This document shows positions 45,724 through 56,967 of a stretch of DNA of 64,000 nucleotides, piece after piece. The notes under the pieces are model-generated. The model worked only from the letters and a program-made list of their open reading frames with translations. It was not told the origin of the DNA and searched no databases. Every line of letters starts with the position of its first letter. Positions within the stretch are counted from its first letter, which is position 1. This DNA comes from an uncultured Spirochaetota bacterium (GTDB lineage: Bacteria; Spirochaetota; Spirochaetia; SZUA-6; Fen-1364): assembly GCA_963734545.1 (NCBI GenBank), contig CAVTHO010000007.1:576001-640000 (forward strand). The letters run 5' to 3'. The position numbers and the translations under genes are program-made.

Positions 45724-45823
45724 CCGAGTGCTTCCGGCTATACTTATCGGATTCACGGCCCAATCGGCGAGAAATTCGGGCCGTGTGTGTGTACAGATGA
45801 AAAGGAAGCGAGGCTGAGAAAGA

Positions 45824-47016
45824 ATGGCGAAGAAAGAGGCTCCCTGCCACCGAAAAGAAGTCCGCCGTCCAGGAGGAAAAGACCCGCGCCCTGGAGGCCG
45901 CCCGGCTCCAGATCGAGAAGCAGTTCGGCAAAGGGCTCCCTCATGAAGCTGGGGGAGAACACGGGGCGGCGTGGACGTGGACGTCATCCCCTCCGGCTCC
46001 ATCCTCCTGGACGCGGCCCTCGGCATCGGCGGCTATCCGCGGGGAAGGGTCATTGAGATCTACGGACCCGAGTCCTCGGGGAAAACCACCCTTGCTCTGC
46101 ACGCCATCGCGGAGTCGCAGAAGCAGGGCGGCATCGCCGCTTTCGTGGACGCGGAGCATGCCCTTGATCCCGTGTACGCCAAGAACCTCGGCGTGAACGT
46201 GGACGAGCTCTGGGTGTCCCAGCCGGACACGGGAGAACAGGCGCTGGAGATCGTGGAATCCCTGGTCCGCTCGGGCGCCATGGACATCATCGTGGTGGAC
46301 TCCGTCGCGGCTCTCACCCCGCGCGCGGAGATCGAGGGAGAAATGGGGGACTCCCACATGGGGCTCCAGGCGCGCCTCATGAGCCAGGCGCTGCGCAAGC
46401 TCACCGCCACCATCTCCAAGACAAGGACCTGCCTCATCTTCATCAACCAGATCCGCATGAAGATCGGGGTCATGTTCGGCAATCCCGAGACGACCACCGG
46501 GCGGATTCGCCCTGAAGTTCTACTCCTCCCTGCGCCTGGAGGTGCGAAAGGTGGAGAGCATTGCGCGCGGGAACGAGGAGGTCGTCGGAAACAAGGTCCG
46601 GGTCAAGGTGGTGAAGAACAAGATTGCGCCCCCGTTCCGCAAGGCGGAGATGGACATCATGTTCGGCAAGGGCATTTCGGCCGTCGGCAGCATGCTGGAG
46701 GCCGCCATTCAGACCAACCTCATCGAGAAGGCGGGGAGCTGGTATTCCTACGGGAAGGAGAGGATCGGGCAGGGCGTGGAGAATGCCCGACTCTTCCTCG
46801 AGTCAAACCCCGCGGTCTACGCGGATATAGAGAAGAAGGTCCGGGCAATCCTCTTCCCCAAGCGCGGGAGCCGCCGCTCCGACTGAGCCGGCAGCGGACG
46901 CCCGCGACTCCGCCCGCCGCCTCCGCCCCGGCCTGCCAAGGCCGAGCCAGCCACGGTGCAGGACGGACGCGGAGACCGCGGATGAGGAGCCGGACGGGAA
47001 GAAGGAGCTTTTCTAG
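45824..47016 (+). CDS. recA: Recombinase RecA (several frameshifts)
   Basis: [45 protein letters not shown]. Confidence 0.96.
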
Positions 47017-47039
47017 CCTGTCCGCTCCCCCTCCTGCAC

Positions 47040-47588
47040 ATGAGCGTTCCGGTTCGGCGCGCCGAGCACCGCAATTTGCCGTATTTCATCGCCCTCGGCT
47101 CCAACCTCGGGGACCGGGAGGCAACGCTGCGCCAGGCATGGGCCATGCTGGCGGCCCTGGGCTGCATCGGCGAAGCTCTCCCGCCTGTACGAGACCCGGC
47201 CCATGTACGTCGTGGACCAGCCCCTGTACCTGAATGCGGTCGGCCAGGCTGTCATGCGAATCTCGGGCCAATAGACATGCTGGACCGCCTGCATCACATC
47301 GAAAAGGACCTGGGACGGGATCGCACAAAGGAAATCCGAATGGGACCGCGGACGCTGGACCTGGACATTCTTTTGTGCGGTGACCTCGTCATGGACAGTC
47401 CCGCACTGACCATACCGCATCCGCGCATCACGGAGCGGATGTTCGTCCTGGTTCCTCTGCTTGCGCTCTCACCATGGCTGCGTGATCCGCGCACGGGCAC
47501 GCCCGTATGCAGAATCGCTCGCCCATCTGCAGGCCGGCAGCGAGCGCCTGATGCGGGGGTGTTTACCTTTATCCGTCGGCCGGTATAG
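47040..47588 (+). CDS. folK: 2-amino-4-hydroxy-6-hydroxymethyldihydropteridine diphosphokinase (frameshifted)
   Basis: [33 protein letters not shown]. Confidence 0.92.
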   Translation: MSVPVRRAEHRNLPYFIALGSNLGDREATLRQAWAMLAALGCIGEALPPVRDPAHVRRGPAPVPECGRPGCHANLGPIDMLDRLHHIEKDLGRDRTKEIRMGPRTLDLDILLCGDLVMDSPALTIPHPRITERMFVLVPLLALSPWLRDPRTGTPVCRIARPSAGRQRAPDAGVFTFIRRPV

Positions 47589-47680
47589 TATAACTGGCCG
47601 CGCAGAATCGCGGAATACGCGGTCACGAAGCGCCGAGTACGGCGGCGCGGATGCCGTGACATTCATGCGGCGCGGTTTTT
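47562..47680 (+). promoter_or_regulatory. Putative promoter plus structured leader ending in a T-tract upstream of scpA
   Basis: TTTACC...TATAGT/TAGTAT, then nested inverted repeats at 47597-47675 and TTTTT. Confidence 0.45.
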
Positions 47681-47716
47681 CCAAGCCTGAATCGAAGGGA
47701 GTCATGTCTCGTAACC

Positions 47717-48547
47717 GTGTCTGATGTGAGCAAGAACGTGAGCGAGAAGCAGCATTTCCACCTGGGTGATTTCGACGGTCCCCTGGATCTGCTTCTCTTT
47801 CTCATCAGGAAATCCGAGGTCAACATCTACGACATCCCCATCGCCTCGATCACCGAGCAGTACCTCTCGTTCCTGAGCTTCGCCACGCAAGGTGGACCTG
47901 GACACGATGACCGAGTTCTACCTCATGGCGGCCACGCTGCTGTACATCAAGAGCAAGATGCTCCTGCCCGTGGAGCTCAACATGGACGACGAGCTGGAGG
48001 ATCCGCGCAGGGAGCTGGTGGAGAAGCTCATCGAGTACCAGAAATTCCGCAAGCTCTCCGACCTCATGGCGGACAAGGAAGGGGAGGTGGAGTGGATCAT
48101 CGAGCGCACGCGCAGCCAGCGGATCCTTCCGTTCTCGGACGACGGCATCTGGGAGCAGGTGAGCGTCTGGGACCTGCTGCAGACCTTCTCCTCCCTTCTG
48201 TCGAACCTCTCCTCGGAGAGGATCATCGACCTCTACGAAGAGGTCAGCGTCAACGAGAAAATCACCCTGATCGCCGAGATGCTGGAGGAGCAGGACGAGT
48301 TCATGTTCACGGACCTCGTGAAAAAGAGGACCATCCTGGAGATCGTCTGCTCCTTCTGGGCGGTGCTGGAGCTGGTCAAGGAGCGGAGAATCCAGGTGCT
48401 GCAGAACCGGCTCTTCGGCGACATCAGGATTCGCGCGCGACGGGCGGAGCAATCGGAGCAGGACCGGGCACGGAATCCGCCGGGTACGTCGATTCGGGCA
48501 CGGCGCCCTCTGCGGCGGAGGGATCGGACGAGCATGGAACTGAGTAA
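47717..48547 (+). CDS. scpA: Segregation and condensation protein A (frameshifted)
   Basis: [31 protein letters not shown]. Confidence 0.93.
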   Translation: MSDVSKNVSEKQHFHLGDFDGPLDLLLFLIRKSEVNIYDIPIASITEQYLSFLSFATQGGPGHDDRVLPHGGHAAVHQEQDAPARGAQHGRRAGGSAQGAGGEAHRVPEIPQALRPHGGQGRGGGVDHRAHAQPADPSVLGRRHLGAGERLGPAADLLLPSVEPLLGEDHRPLRRGQRQRENHPDRRDAGGAGRVHVHGPREKEDHPGDRLLLLGGAGAGQGAENPGAAEPALRRHQDSRATGGAIGAGPGTESAGYVDSGTAPSAAEGSDEHGTE

Positions 48548-49070
48548 GGACGCGGCCCTCGTCGAGGCGGTGCTGCTGCTGGAAAGCGACCCGGTGGAGC
48601 TGCGGAAGCTCTCCACCATCACCGGCCTCCCGCACGAGGCCGTGCAGGAGGCGATCTCCCAGCTTCGCGCCGCCCTGGAGGGCGACGGGCACGGCCTGGA
48701 GATCGTGGAGATCGGCGGAGGTTTCGCCTTTGCGCCTCGCAAGGATCTCTGGGAACAGCTGCGGGAACGCTACGGCAAGAGCGCGGAGAACCGGCTCTCC
48801 AAGGCGGCCCTGGAGACCCTCGCCATCATCGCGTACTCGCAGCCCATCACGCGCGCGGAGATCGAGAGCATCCGCGGTGTGGCGGCGGACGGCATGATCA
48901 AGCTCCTGCTGAGCCGGAACTTCATCCGGGAGGTCGGCAAGAAGGATGTCCCGGGAAAGCCGGTGCAGTACGGCACCACGCGGGAGTTTCTCAAGGCTTT
49001 CCGGCTGACCACCATCTCGGATCTTCCCAAGCTGGACGGCCTGGAGAGGGAGCGCTTTGAGCAGGAATAG
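48534..49070 (+). CDS. scpB: Segregation and condensation protein B
   Basis: [20 protein letters not shown] and YGTTREFL. Confidence 0.95.
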   Translation: MELSKDAALVEAVLLLESDPVELRKLSTITGLPHEAVQEAISQLRAALEGDGHGLEIVEIGGGFAFAPRKDLWEQLRERYGKSAENRLSKAALETLAIIAYSQPITRAEIESIRGVAADGMIKLLLSRNFIREVGKKDVPGKPVQYGTTREFLKAFRLTTISDLPKLDGLERERFEQE

Positions 49071-49783
49071 CGCCGATACCGGCATCCGTCTCCAGGTCTA
49101 CCTTGCCCGCTGCGGCCTGGGCTCGCGGCGCAGCTGCGAAACCCTGATCCAGCACGGCAGGGTCACCCTGAACGGAGTGCCCGTGATCAGGATGGGAGAG
49201 AAGGTCCTGCTCAAGGACGTGGTCACGCTGGACGGCAGAAAGGTGACCCCCTCGTCGAAAAGGATCTATCTTGCGCTCCACAAGCCGCGCGGCTACCTTT
49301 GCGCCAACTCCGATCCCGAAGGGCAGGCCGCTCGTAAGCCAGCTTTTCTCCTCGGCCATCCGGGAGCGGCTTTTCCACGTCGGCAGGCTGGATTTCCTTT
49401 CCACCGGGCTGATTCTCTACACCAACGACGGCGAGTTCACGAAGATCGTCTCTCATCCACGCGCTCAGGTGGAGAAGGAGTACCTCGTGGAGACGGGAAG
49501 GGCGGTGGACGAGGACTTCCTCCGCCAGTACTCGAAAGGAATGCAGGGTCGGAGACACGATCTACAGATGCAAGAGCTACGTCCTTCGGGGCCCCCACTC
49601 GGCGATCATCACCCTCACGGAGGGGAAGAACCGGGAGCTTCGCAACGTCTTCACCAGCCGCAACATCCGTCTCAAGAGGGTCCACCGGCTTCGCATCGGC
49701 CCCGTCACGCTGCGCGGCATCCCGCCCGGCCATTTTCGAAGGCTGACGGAAAGAGAGGTCCGATGGTTTTTCGACCATGGTAG
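49057..49783 (+). CDS. rluB: rRNA pseudouridine synthase, RluB/RsuA family (frameshifted)
   Basis: S4 domain [22 protein letters not shown]. Confidence 0.85.
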
Positions 49784-50420
49784 TAGCGATTGACGGCCCT
49801 GCGGGGGTCGGCAAGAGCACGGTCGCGCGCAGGTGCGCCAAGGCGGTCGGATTCCTCTACATCAACTCCGGCAGCTTCTACCGGGCCATCACCCTGGCCG
49901 TCCTGGACGCGGCGATCCCCCCTGACGACCCGGCGGCGGTCATCGAGATCGCACGCGCCTGCCGGCTGGAGTTGCGCGACGGCCGCCTCGACCTGGACGG
50001 GCGGGACGTGGAAGACCGGCTCCGCTCGCGACGCGGTGGACGCATGGGTCGCGCCGCATCTCCGCGATTCCGCAGGTGCGGGAGATCGTGAACAGGCGGC
50101 TGCGCGAGATAGCCGCGCAGGGTGACGTGGTGGTGGAGGGCCGGGACATCGGGACAGTCGTATTTCCCGAGGCGGAGGTCAAGGTCTTCCTGGACGCGGA
50201 CGTGACCACCCGGGCGGCGCGACGGCACGAGCAGGGCATCAGCGGCCTGCCCCTGTCGGAAATCGAGAGGGCCATCACCGAGCGGGACCTGATGGACCGG
50301 AACAAGCCCTCGGGCAGGCTCGCGGCCGCCCTGGATGCACTGCACATTGACACCTCGCTCTTGACCATAGATCAAGTTTGTGAGAGAGTGAGTGACAGCA
50401 ATTCTCGTGAGCAGAAATAA
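49777..50420 (+). CDS. cmk: Cytidylate kinase (frameshift near 50030)
   Basis: [12 protein letters not shown] and [11 protein letters not shown]. Confidence 0.94.
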
Positions 50421-50441
50421 TCCGGGAGATACACGCCGACT

Positions 50442-52143
50442 ATGAGCACAGAAGACAAGAAGAAACTCGCTCCGGAAGCTGAGAACCAGCTCCAGGAGCA
50501 GTACGTACAGTCCCTCCAGCCGATCGAAGAAGGCCAGATGATCCCTGGCCGGGTCATCGAAGTCGACGGCGACTACGTCTACGTCGACGTCGGCTACAAG
50601 TCAGAGGGCAAGATTTCCAGCAACGAGTTCGACACGCCGCCGCAGGTCGGCGAGACCGTCTACGTCATCCTGGTCCGCAAGGAAGGCCGGGAAGGCCAGG
50701 TCATCGTTTCCAAGCGCAAGGCGGATGAGAAGATCTTCTGGAAGGACCTGCGAATCGCCTTCGACGAGCACAAGCCGGTGCAGGGCACCATCGTGCACAA
50801 GATCAAGGGCGGCTACGAGGTCGACCTCGGCAACGATATCCGCGCGTTCCTTCCCCTGTCCAAGGTGGACGTGAAGCGGCCCAGCGAGAACTCCGACTAT
50901 GTCGGGGTGAAGTCGTCCTTCTACATCGACCGCCTGTACGCCAAGGGCAAGACGAACATCGTCGTCTCCCGCCGCGACTGGATGGAAGAGGACATCAAGC
51001 AAGCGCCGGGACGAGTTCTTCGGCCAGGTCAAGATCGGCGACACCGTGGAAGGGATCGTGAAGAGCTTCACCTCCTTCGGCGCCTTCGTGGACCTCGGCG
51101 GTTTCGACGGCCTGCTCCATATCAACGACATGAGCTGGGGCCACGTGACCCGGCCCAAGGACTTCGTGAAGCTCGGGGAGTCGATCCAGCTCAAGGTGAT
51201 CCGCCTGGAGCCCCAGGAAGGCAGGATCAACCTCAGCCTCAAGCACTTCACGGAAGATCCGTGGAACCACTTCGAGGAGAAGTACCACATCGGGGACGTG
51301 GTCAAGGGCAAGGTCACGAAGCTGGCGGATTTCGGCGCCTTCATCGAGATCGAGGAAGGCATCGAGGGCCTCGCCCATATTTCCGAGCTTTCCTGGGTGC
51401 GCAAGGTCAAGCACCCCCGCGAAGTGCTGAAGGTCGGCGACGTGGTGGAGACCAAGATCCTCAACTACGACATCCAGCAGGGGAAGCTCTCCCTGGGCCT
51501 CAAGCAGGTGCTTCCCAATCCCTGGGACGACATCGACCAGAGATACCCGGTGGGCATGCGTCTGACGCGCAAGGTCGTCCGCGCCAGCCCGTACGCGCTC
51601 TTCTTCGAGATCGAAGAGGGCATCGACGGCGTGATGCACGTGGACGACATGTCGTGGACAAAGAAGATCCGGAACGCCTCGTCTTTCGCCAAGCTCGAGG
51701 AAGAGATCGAGGTCATGGTCATCGGCATCGACAAGGAGCGCGCCAAGGTCCAGCTCGGCGTGAAGCAGCTTTCGGAGGATCCCTGGGAGTCCATTGCCCG
51801 CGCGTACCCGCGCGGCAGCGTCATCACGGGGGAAATCACGAACATCACCGATTTCGGCTTCTTCGTGAAAGTGCAGGGCGGCATCGAGGGCCTGGTGCAC
51901 AAGATGAACATCGTGGATGACCGCGTGGAGCCCCTGGACGCCGCCATGGCCAAGTACAAGGTAGGGGACTCGGTGCAGGCGGTGGTCACGGAGTGCAGCC
52001 CGGCGAAGCAGAAGCTCTCCCTCTCCCTGAGAGACTACGTCAAGCGGGTCCAGCGCGAAGAGATGGACAAGTACATCCACGACGAGTCGAAGCAGGACAC
52101 CGTGTCGCTCGGCGACATGCTCAAGGACAAGATCAAGGGATAA
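50442..52143 (+). CDS. rpsA: 30S ribosomal protein S1 (frameshift near 51000)
   Basis: Tandem S1 domains: VDVGYKSEG, FGAFVDLGG, EGLAHISELSW. Confidence 0.96.
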
Positions 52144-52174
52144 GCCCCGGTCGGGGCATGGGGCGACCAGCAGA

Positions 52175-53698
52175 ATGTTGAGATTCGCCGCGGACCGTGA
52201 GAAGCTGGAAGTCCTTTTCGACATTTACGCGACGGATCAACTCCGCCTACGCGGACATCCGGGGCCTTCTCACGCAGATCATCGAATCGGCAACCGAGCT
52301 CACCGAAGGGGAAGCCTCGTCTCTCATGCTGGTCAACCCGGAGAACAACAAGCTGTACTTCGAGATCGCCCTCGGGCCCAAGGGAGCGAGCCTCAAGCAG
52401 TATTCGGTGAACATGGGCGAAGGAATCGCCGGGTGGGTGGCAGAGAAGAACACCTCCCTCATCGTGAACGACGCCCAGAACGACGCCCGCTATCTACCCC
52501 GACATCGCCCAGAAGATCGGGTTCCCCACGAGCTCCATCCTCGCCGTCCCCATGAGGGTGAAGGACAAGCTCGTCGGAGTCATCGAGATCATCAACAAGA
52601 GGGGCGGAAAGAAGCTTCACGGAAGAGGATCTCCAATGGCTCGAGATCTTCTCCACCCAGGCCGCCATCGCGGTGCAGAACGCCCGCTCCTTCCAGAAGG
52701 TCAGGAACGAGCTCAGCGTGCTGCAGGACAAGGTCCAGGCGGAGCAGGGGTGGCACACGTTCATCGGGGAAAGCAAGGTCATAAAGGAGAAGCTCGACAT
52801 TGCCCGCAAGGCCGCCGAGACCGATTCCTCGGTGCTCCTGCTGGGGGAAAGCGGCGCGGGCAAGGAGCTCTTCGCCGAGCAGATCCACCTGGCCAGTCCC
52901 CGCAGCAGCAAGCCGTTCATACGGGTGAACTGCGCGGCAATCCCCGAGGCGCTCCTGGAAAGCGAGCTTTTCGGTCATGTCAAAGGCGCATTTACCGACG
53001 CTATCGCGGACCGCAGAGGCCGGTTCGAGCTGGCGGATGGCGGCACCCTCTTCCTGGATGAGATCGCCGACATGCCTCTTTCCCTCCAGGCCAAGCTCCT
53101 TCGGGTCATCCAGAGCAGGACATTCGAGAGGGTAGGCTCCAGCGATTCCCTGCAGGTAAACGTGCGCATCATCGCCGCGACCAACCACGAGCTGGAAAGA
53201 GAGGTCGCCGTGGGAAGATTCAGGGCCGACCTCTTCTACCGCCTCAATGTGCTGCCCATCCACATACCGCCGCTCCGGGAACGGAAGGAAGATATTCCGA
53301 GGCTGGCGGAGTTCTTTCTTCACAAGCACTCGCGCGAGACAAAGAAGCAGCTTACCGGATTCAGCGACGAAGCAATGGAGCAGCTTCTTTCCTACTCCTG
53401 GCCGGGAAACGTGCGGGAGCTGGAAAACGCGATTGAAAGGGCGGTTGTTTTCTCCCGGGACGACCGGATACGCGCCGAGTCACTCGCCCTCAACGCGGGA
53501 GGCGCTCCCGGCAGCGAGGCCTACTCGGAGAGGTCCCTCCGTGAGGCATTGAACATATTCAAAAAACACTTTATCACAAAGGCTCTGGAATCCAACGGGT
53601 GGCACCAGACCAGGACGGCCAAAGCTCTGGCAATCCAGCGGAGCTACCTGTCCAAGCTCGTGAAAGAATTGAGCATCATGAAGGAAAGAGGGGTATAG
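52175..53698 (+). CDS. GAF-domain sigma-54-dependent transcriptional activator (frameshifts in the GAF region)
   Basis: GEGIAGWV (GAF), GESGAGKE, ESELFGHVKGAFTDA, FLDEI, WPGNVREL, C-terminal HTH. Confidence 0.9.
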
Positions 53699-53703
53699 AG
53701 CAC

Positions 53704-54429
53704 ATGCAGCCAGTGCAGCAGCACGCAGGACAGGGTCAGCAGGCGGGGCAGGAGCCGCTCCGGCGCAGAATCAGCAATTTCCTGGCGCACACCATCGACC
53801 GGTTCCGCATCGCATTGTGGGTGATTCTCATTGCGGGCGCCGTGTTCCTGGTCGGATATCTGATCTACACGGAAATCAACAAGAAGCTCATTTACGACTC
53901 CAGCACGATCGCAGAAGGCGCGCAGGACCTGTTCGATAAATGGACGGCGGAGCCGGATGCAGCCAAGAAGGCCGCGCTGGAGAAGGACCTCACCGCGCAG
54001 CTGGACAGGCTCGTGGACAGGTACCCCCGGCAGTACGGCGGACAGCGGGGCCTGTTCCTCCGCGCAGACATGAACTACTCAAGGAAGGCCTGGGACGCGG
54101 CTCTCAAGGACTTTGAGACGCTGGCCGGTCGCTTCCCGAAGAGCTATCTTGCTCCTATCAGCCTTTTCAACGCGGGCGTCTGCGCCGAGGAAAAAGGCGA
54201 CACCGACGGGGCGCAAAAGCTCTACACGCGCGCCTACGTCACCTACAAGGACTCGACGGTCGCCCCGCGATCCATGTTCAACGCGGGCCGCATTGACGAG
54301 CTGAAGGGGGCCTGGGCGGAAGCTCAGAAGAAATATGAGCAGTTGGACGGCCTCTACAGCCAGAGCGTGTGGACGAAGCTGGCGAAAAACCGGCTCATCG
54401 AGCTCAAGGTGCAGGGAAAGATAAAGTAA
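53704..54429 (+). CDS. Membrane-anchored TPR protein (YfgM-like)
   Basis: One TM helix followed by TPRs. Confidence 0.75.
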   Translation: MQPVQQHAGQGQQAGQEPLRRRISNFLAHTIDRFRIALWVILIAGAVFLVGYLIYTEINKKLIYDSSTIAEGAQDLFDKWTAEPDAAKKAALEKDLTAQLDRLVDRYPRQYGGQRGLFLRADMNYSRKAWDAALKDFETLAGRFPKSYLAPISLFNAGVCAEEKGDTDGAQKLYTRAYVTYKDSTVAPRSMFNAGRIDELKGAWAEAQKKYEQLDGLYSQSVWTKLAKNRLIELKVQGKIK

Positions 54430-54516
54430 AAGACTCGCTCGCGCATACCCCCGCCGGAAGCTGCCGCGGATGAGCGCGCGGGGGCGCAGCGGGGCCCAAG
54501 CTGAGGAGGGGCGCGC

Positions 54517-56961
54517 ATGGCAGGGAAGAAGACCGCATCGAAGTTCCTGGAAACAAGGTATTTCGGGCTCGTGATCGGGTTCCTGGTCTTCGCCATCCTG
54601 TTTGGCCTCAGCTCCGGCACCGTGCTCATCCGGTTCGCCGAGCAGAAGATGCTCGATCTGAACTTTCGGTTGAAGAACTCGATCACCCGCACCCGTGTCC
54701 AGGAGGGCGTTTCGGTCCTGCAGGCCAATCCGCGCATCTCTCCCGACATTCTCATCGTGGGTATCGACGACAAGTCCCTTGCGCGTTTCGGAAGATGGCC
54801 TTTTCCACGGTACCGGCACGCCGACCTGATGGACTCCTTCTCGCGCATCAGGAACCAGGCCGAACGGGAGAGGGCGCTTTTCATCGACGTCTTCTTCATC
54901 GAGCCTTCGGAAACTCCCGAGGATGACGCACTCCTGGTCTCCAGCATCAAGAGCAACGGCCGCGTTTTCCTCGAAACTGTTCTCACGGAAGAGGAAAACC
55001 CTGCCGGAACCGAAGAGGAGTTTTTCGGCAGGCAGGAAATCCTCGACACGCGCATCGGGACCCTGACGAACGTGAAGGGAGACTGGCTGCGCATCAGCCC
55101 CTTCCTCGGCCTTCAATCTCCCCTCAAGCCCTATTCCCGGGCGACGTTCGCGTTCGGTCATGCGAACTTTCTTCCGGATGCGGACCAGGTATACCGCCGG
55201 CAGCCCCTGGTGACGCGGCTCCTGCGGCTGCAAAAAGAGATCCCGCTGGATCAGCTCACCGTGGACGAGCCCCTGGACAGGGCCGGCTTCGAGCACCTGG
55301 CCTGGATCGACAAGAACAATGTGACCCATGATGTTGCCTATCCCCTGACACCCGCTGTGCTCAGGGACCTGAAAAGCCAGATGGAGAAATCCGCGCCCCT
55401 CAAGATGGAGGAAGCCACAGATACTCAACCTGAAAAGAGCTACTTTGTGGTGAGAAAATACCGTGACGTTTTTCTCCCGTCCATCACCCTTTCGCTGGCG
55501 CTCGACTACATGCACAAGAAGATGTCCGACACCGAGATCGTGCTCGGCCACTACATCCGGATTCCCTCGCCGGAGAAATACAACGTGGACACCCAGCAGT
55601 GGGAACCGTACACGCTGACCATCACCGCTCCCCAGTACGACCAGGATGGGAATGTCACGAAAGAGGGGAAATACAGGAAAGTCCCCGAGGTCCGGATCCC
55701 CATTGATGACAAGGGGTTCATGCTCATCAATTTCATGGGCGAGCCCTCCAGCGCAAATCCCGACGAGCACCAGACTTTCCCCGTGCGCTCCTACTCCGGT
55801 TATGCGGCCTCTCCCCCGGCGCCCGACCCGGCGCGCTGGCCGCCCACGAAGAAGGTGGGCAACACGATCCTCATGGTCGGGCCCTTTTCCCAGGGCATCG
55901 CGGCGGATCAGAAGCCGACTCCCTTCGGGCTGATGTACGGGGTTGAGATGCACGCAAATGCGCTCAATACCATCCTCATGGGGAATTTCCTGAACTATGC
56001 GGAACCGTGGGTCAACACGCTCATCCTTTTTGCGCTGATCATGCTGGTCTCTCTCATGGTTTCGCGCCTCTCCACGATCTGGTCGCTTGTGGTCACGCTC
56101 GCCGCCATTGTGGTGTGCTTTTTCTCCTTCATGCTTCTGTTCGAGTTCAACAACTATGTCCTCACATTCTCCGCGCCCGCGATCGGCGCGTTTCTCAGCT
56201 TCCTCGCCGTTGTCGCCTACCGGACGGTATTCGAGGAACGCGACAAGCGGCGGATTCGAGACATGTTCGGCAAGTACGTGAGCCCCGCGGTCGTCGACGA
56301 GATACTCCAGAACCCCCCCGAGCTGGGCGGCGTGGACAAGGAGCTCACGGTCTTCTTCTCCGATATCCGCGGCTTTACGACCCTGTCGGAGAGCCTGTCC
56401 CCCCAGGAGCTGGTCAATCACCTGAACCAGTACCTGACGGCAATGACCGATCTGATCCTCGAGTACGCGGGAACCCTGGACAAGTACGTCGGCGACGAGA
56501 TCATGGGTTTCTGGGGCGCCCCGCTGCCGCAGCCCGACCACGCGCTCCTCGCGTGCAAGTGCGCCATCAGGCAGATCGAGGTGCTCAACAAGATGAATGC
56601 CGGGTGGCCCGTGGAGAAAAGGCTCGCCATCGGCATCGGGCTGAACACGGGCATCATGACCGTCGGCAACATGGGGTCCATCGGAAGGATGAATTACACG
56701 CTGATGGGAGACATGGTCAACCTCGGCGCGCGCCTCGAGGGCACCAACAAACAGTATGCCACCACCATCATCATGAGCGAATTCACCTATGCCCAGGTGA
56801 AGGACAAGGTGATTGCGCGGGAGCTGGACAATATCCGGGTGAAGGGCAAGAACAAGCCGGTCCTGATCTACGAGCTCATCGACGTGATCGAAGGGCTCGA
56901 GCCGCCCTTGAAAAGCGACGGCAGGGTCAATGTACCCGCCGGGGCAGGGGCAAAGGCCTAG
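54517..56961 (+). CDS. CHASE2-domain class III adenylate cyclase
   Basis: IDDKSL..GRWPFPR, GVEMHAN, three TMs, FSDIRGFT, DKYVGD, NYTLMGDMVNLGARLEG. Confidence 0.92.
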   Translation: MAGKKTASKFLETRYFGLVIGFLVFAILFGLSSGTVLIRFAEQKMLDLNFRLKNSITRTRVQEGVSVLQANPRISPDILIVGIDDKSLARFGRWPFPRYRHADLMDSFSRIRNQAERERALFIDVFFIEPSETPEDDALLVSSIKSNGRVFLETVLTEEENPAGTEEEFFGRQEILDTRIGTLTNVKGDWLRISPFLGLQSPLKPYSRATFAFGHANFLPDADQVYRRQPLVTRLLRLQKEIPLDQLTVDEPLDRAGFEHLAWIDKNNVTHDVAYPLTPAVLRDLKSQMEKSAPLKMEEATDTQPEKSYFVVRKYRDVFLPSITLSLALDYMHKKMSDTEIVLGHYIRIPSPEKYNVDTQQWEPYTLTITAPQYDQDGNVTKEGKYRKVPEVRIPIDDKGFMLINFMGEPSSANPDEHQTFPVRSYSGYAASPPAPDPARWPPTKKVGNTILMVGPFSQGIAADQKPTPFGLMYGVEMHANALNTILMGNFLNYAEPWVNTLILFALIMLVSLMVSRLSTIWSLVVTLAAIVVCFFSFMLLFEFNNYVLTFSAPAIGAFLSFLAVVAYRTVFEERDKRRIRDMFGKYVSPAVVDEILQNPPELGGVDKELTVFFSDIRGFTTLSESLSPQELVNHLNQYLTAMTDLILEYAGTLDKYVGDEIMGFWGAPLPQPDHALLACKCAIRQIEVLNKMNAGWPVEKRLAIGIGLNTGIMTVGNMGSIGRMNYTLMGDMVNLGARLEGTNKQYATTIIMSEFTYAQVKDKVIARELDNIRVKGKNKPVLIYELIDVIEGLEPPLKSDGRVNVPAGAGAKA

Positions 56962-56967
56962 GGCGGG

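Noticed and set aside
17967-49070. Apparent fusions rbfA-truB, rpsO-pnp, lptF-lptG, greA-vWA and scpA-scpB in the ORF track
   Set aside because: Each results from an indel near the upstream gene's 3' end; the proper stop and next start are visible in another frame.
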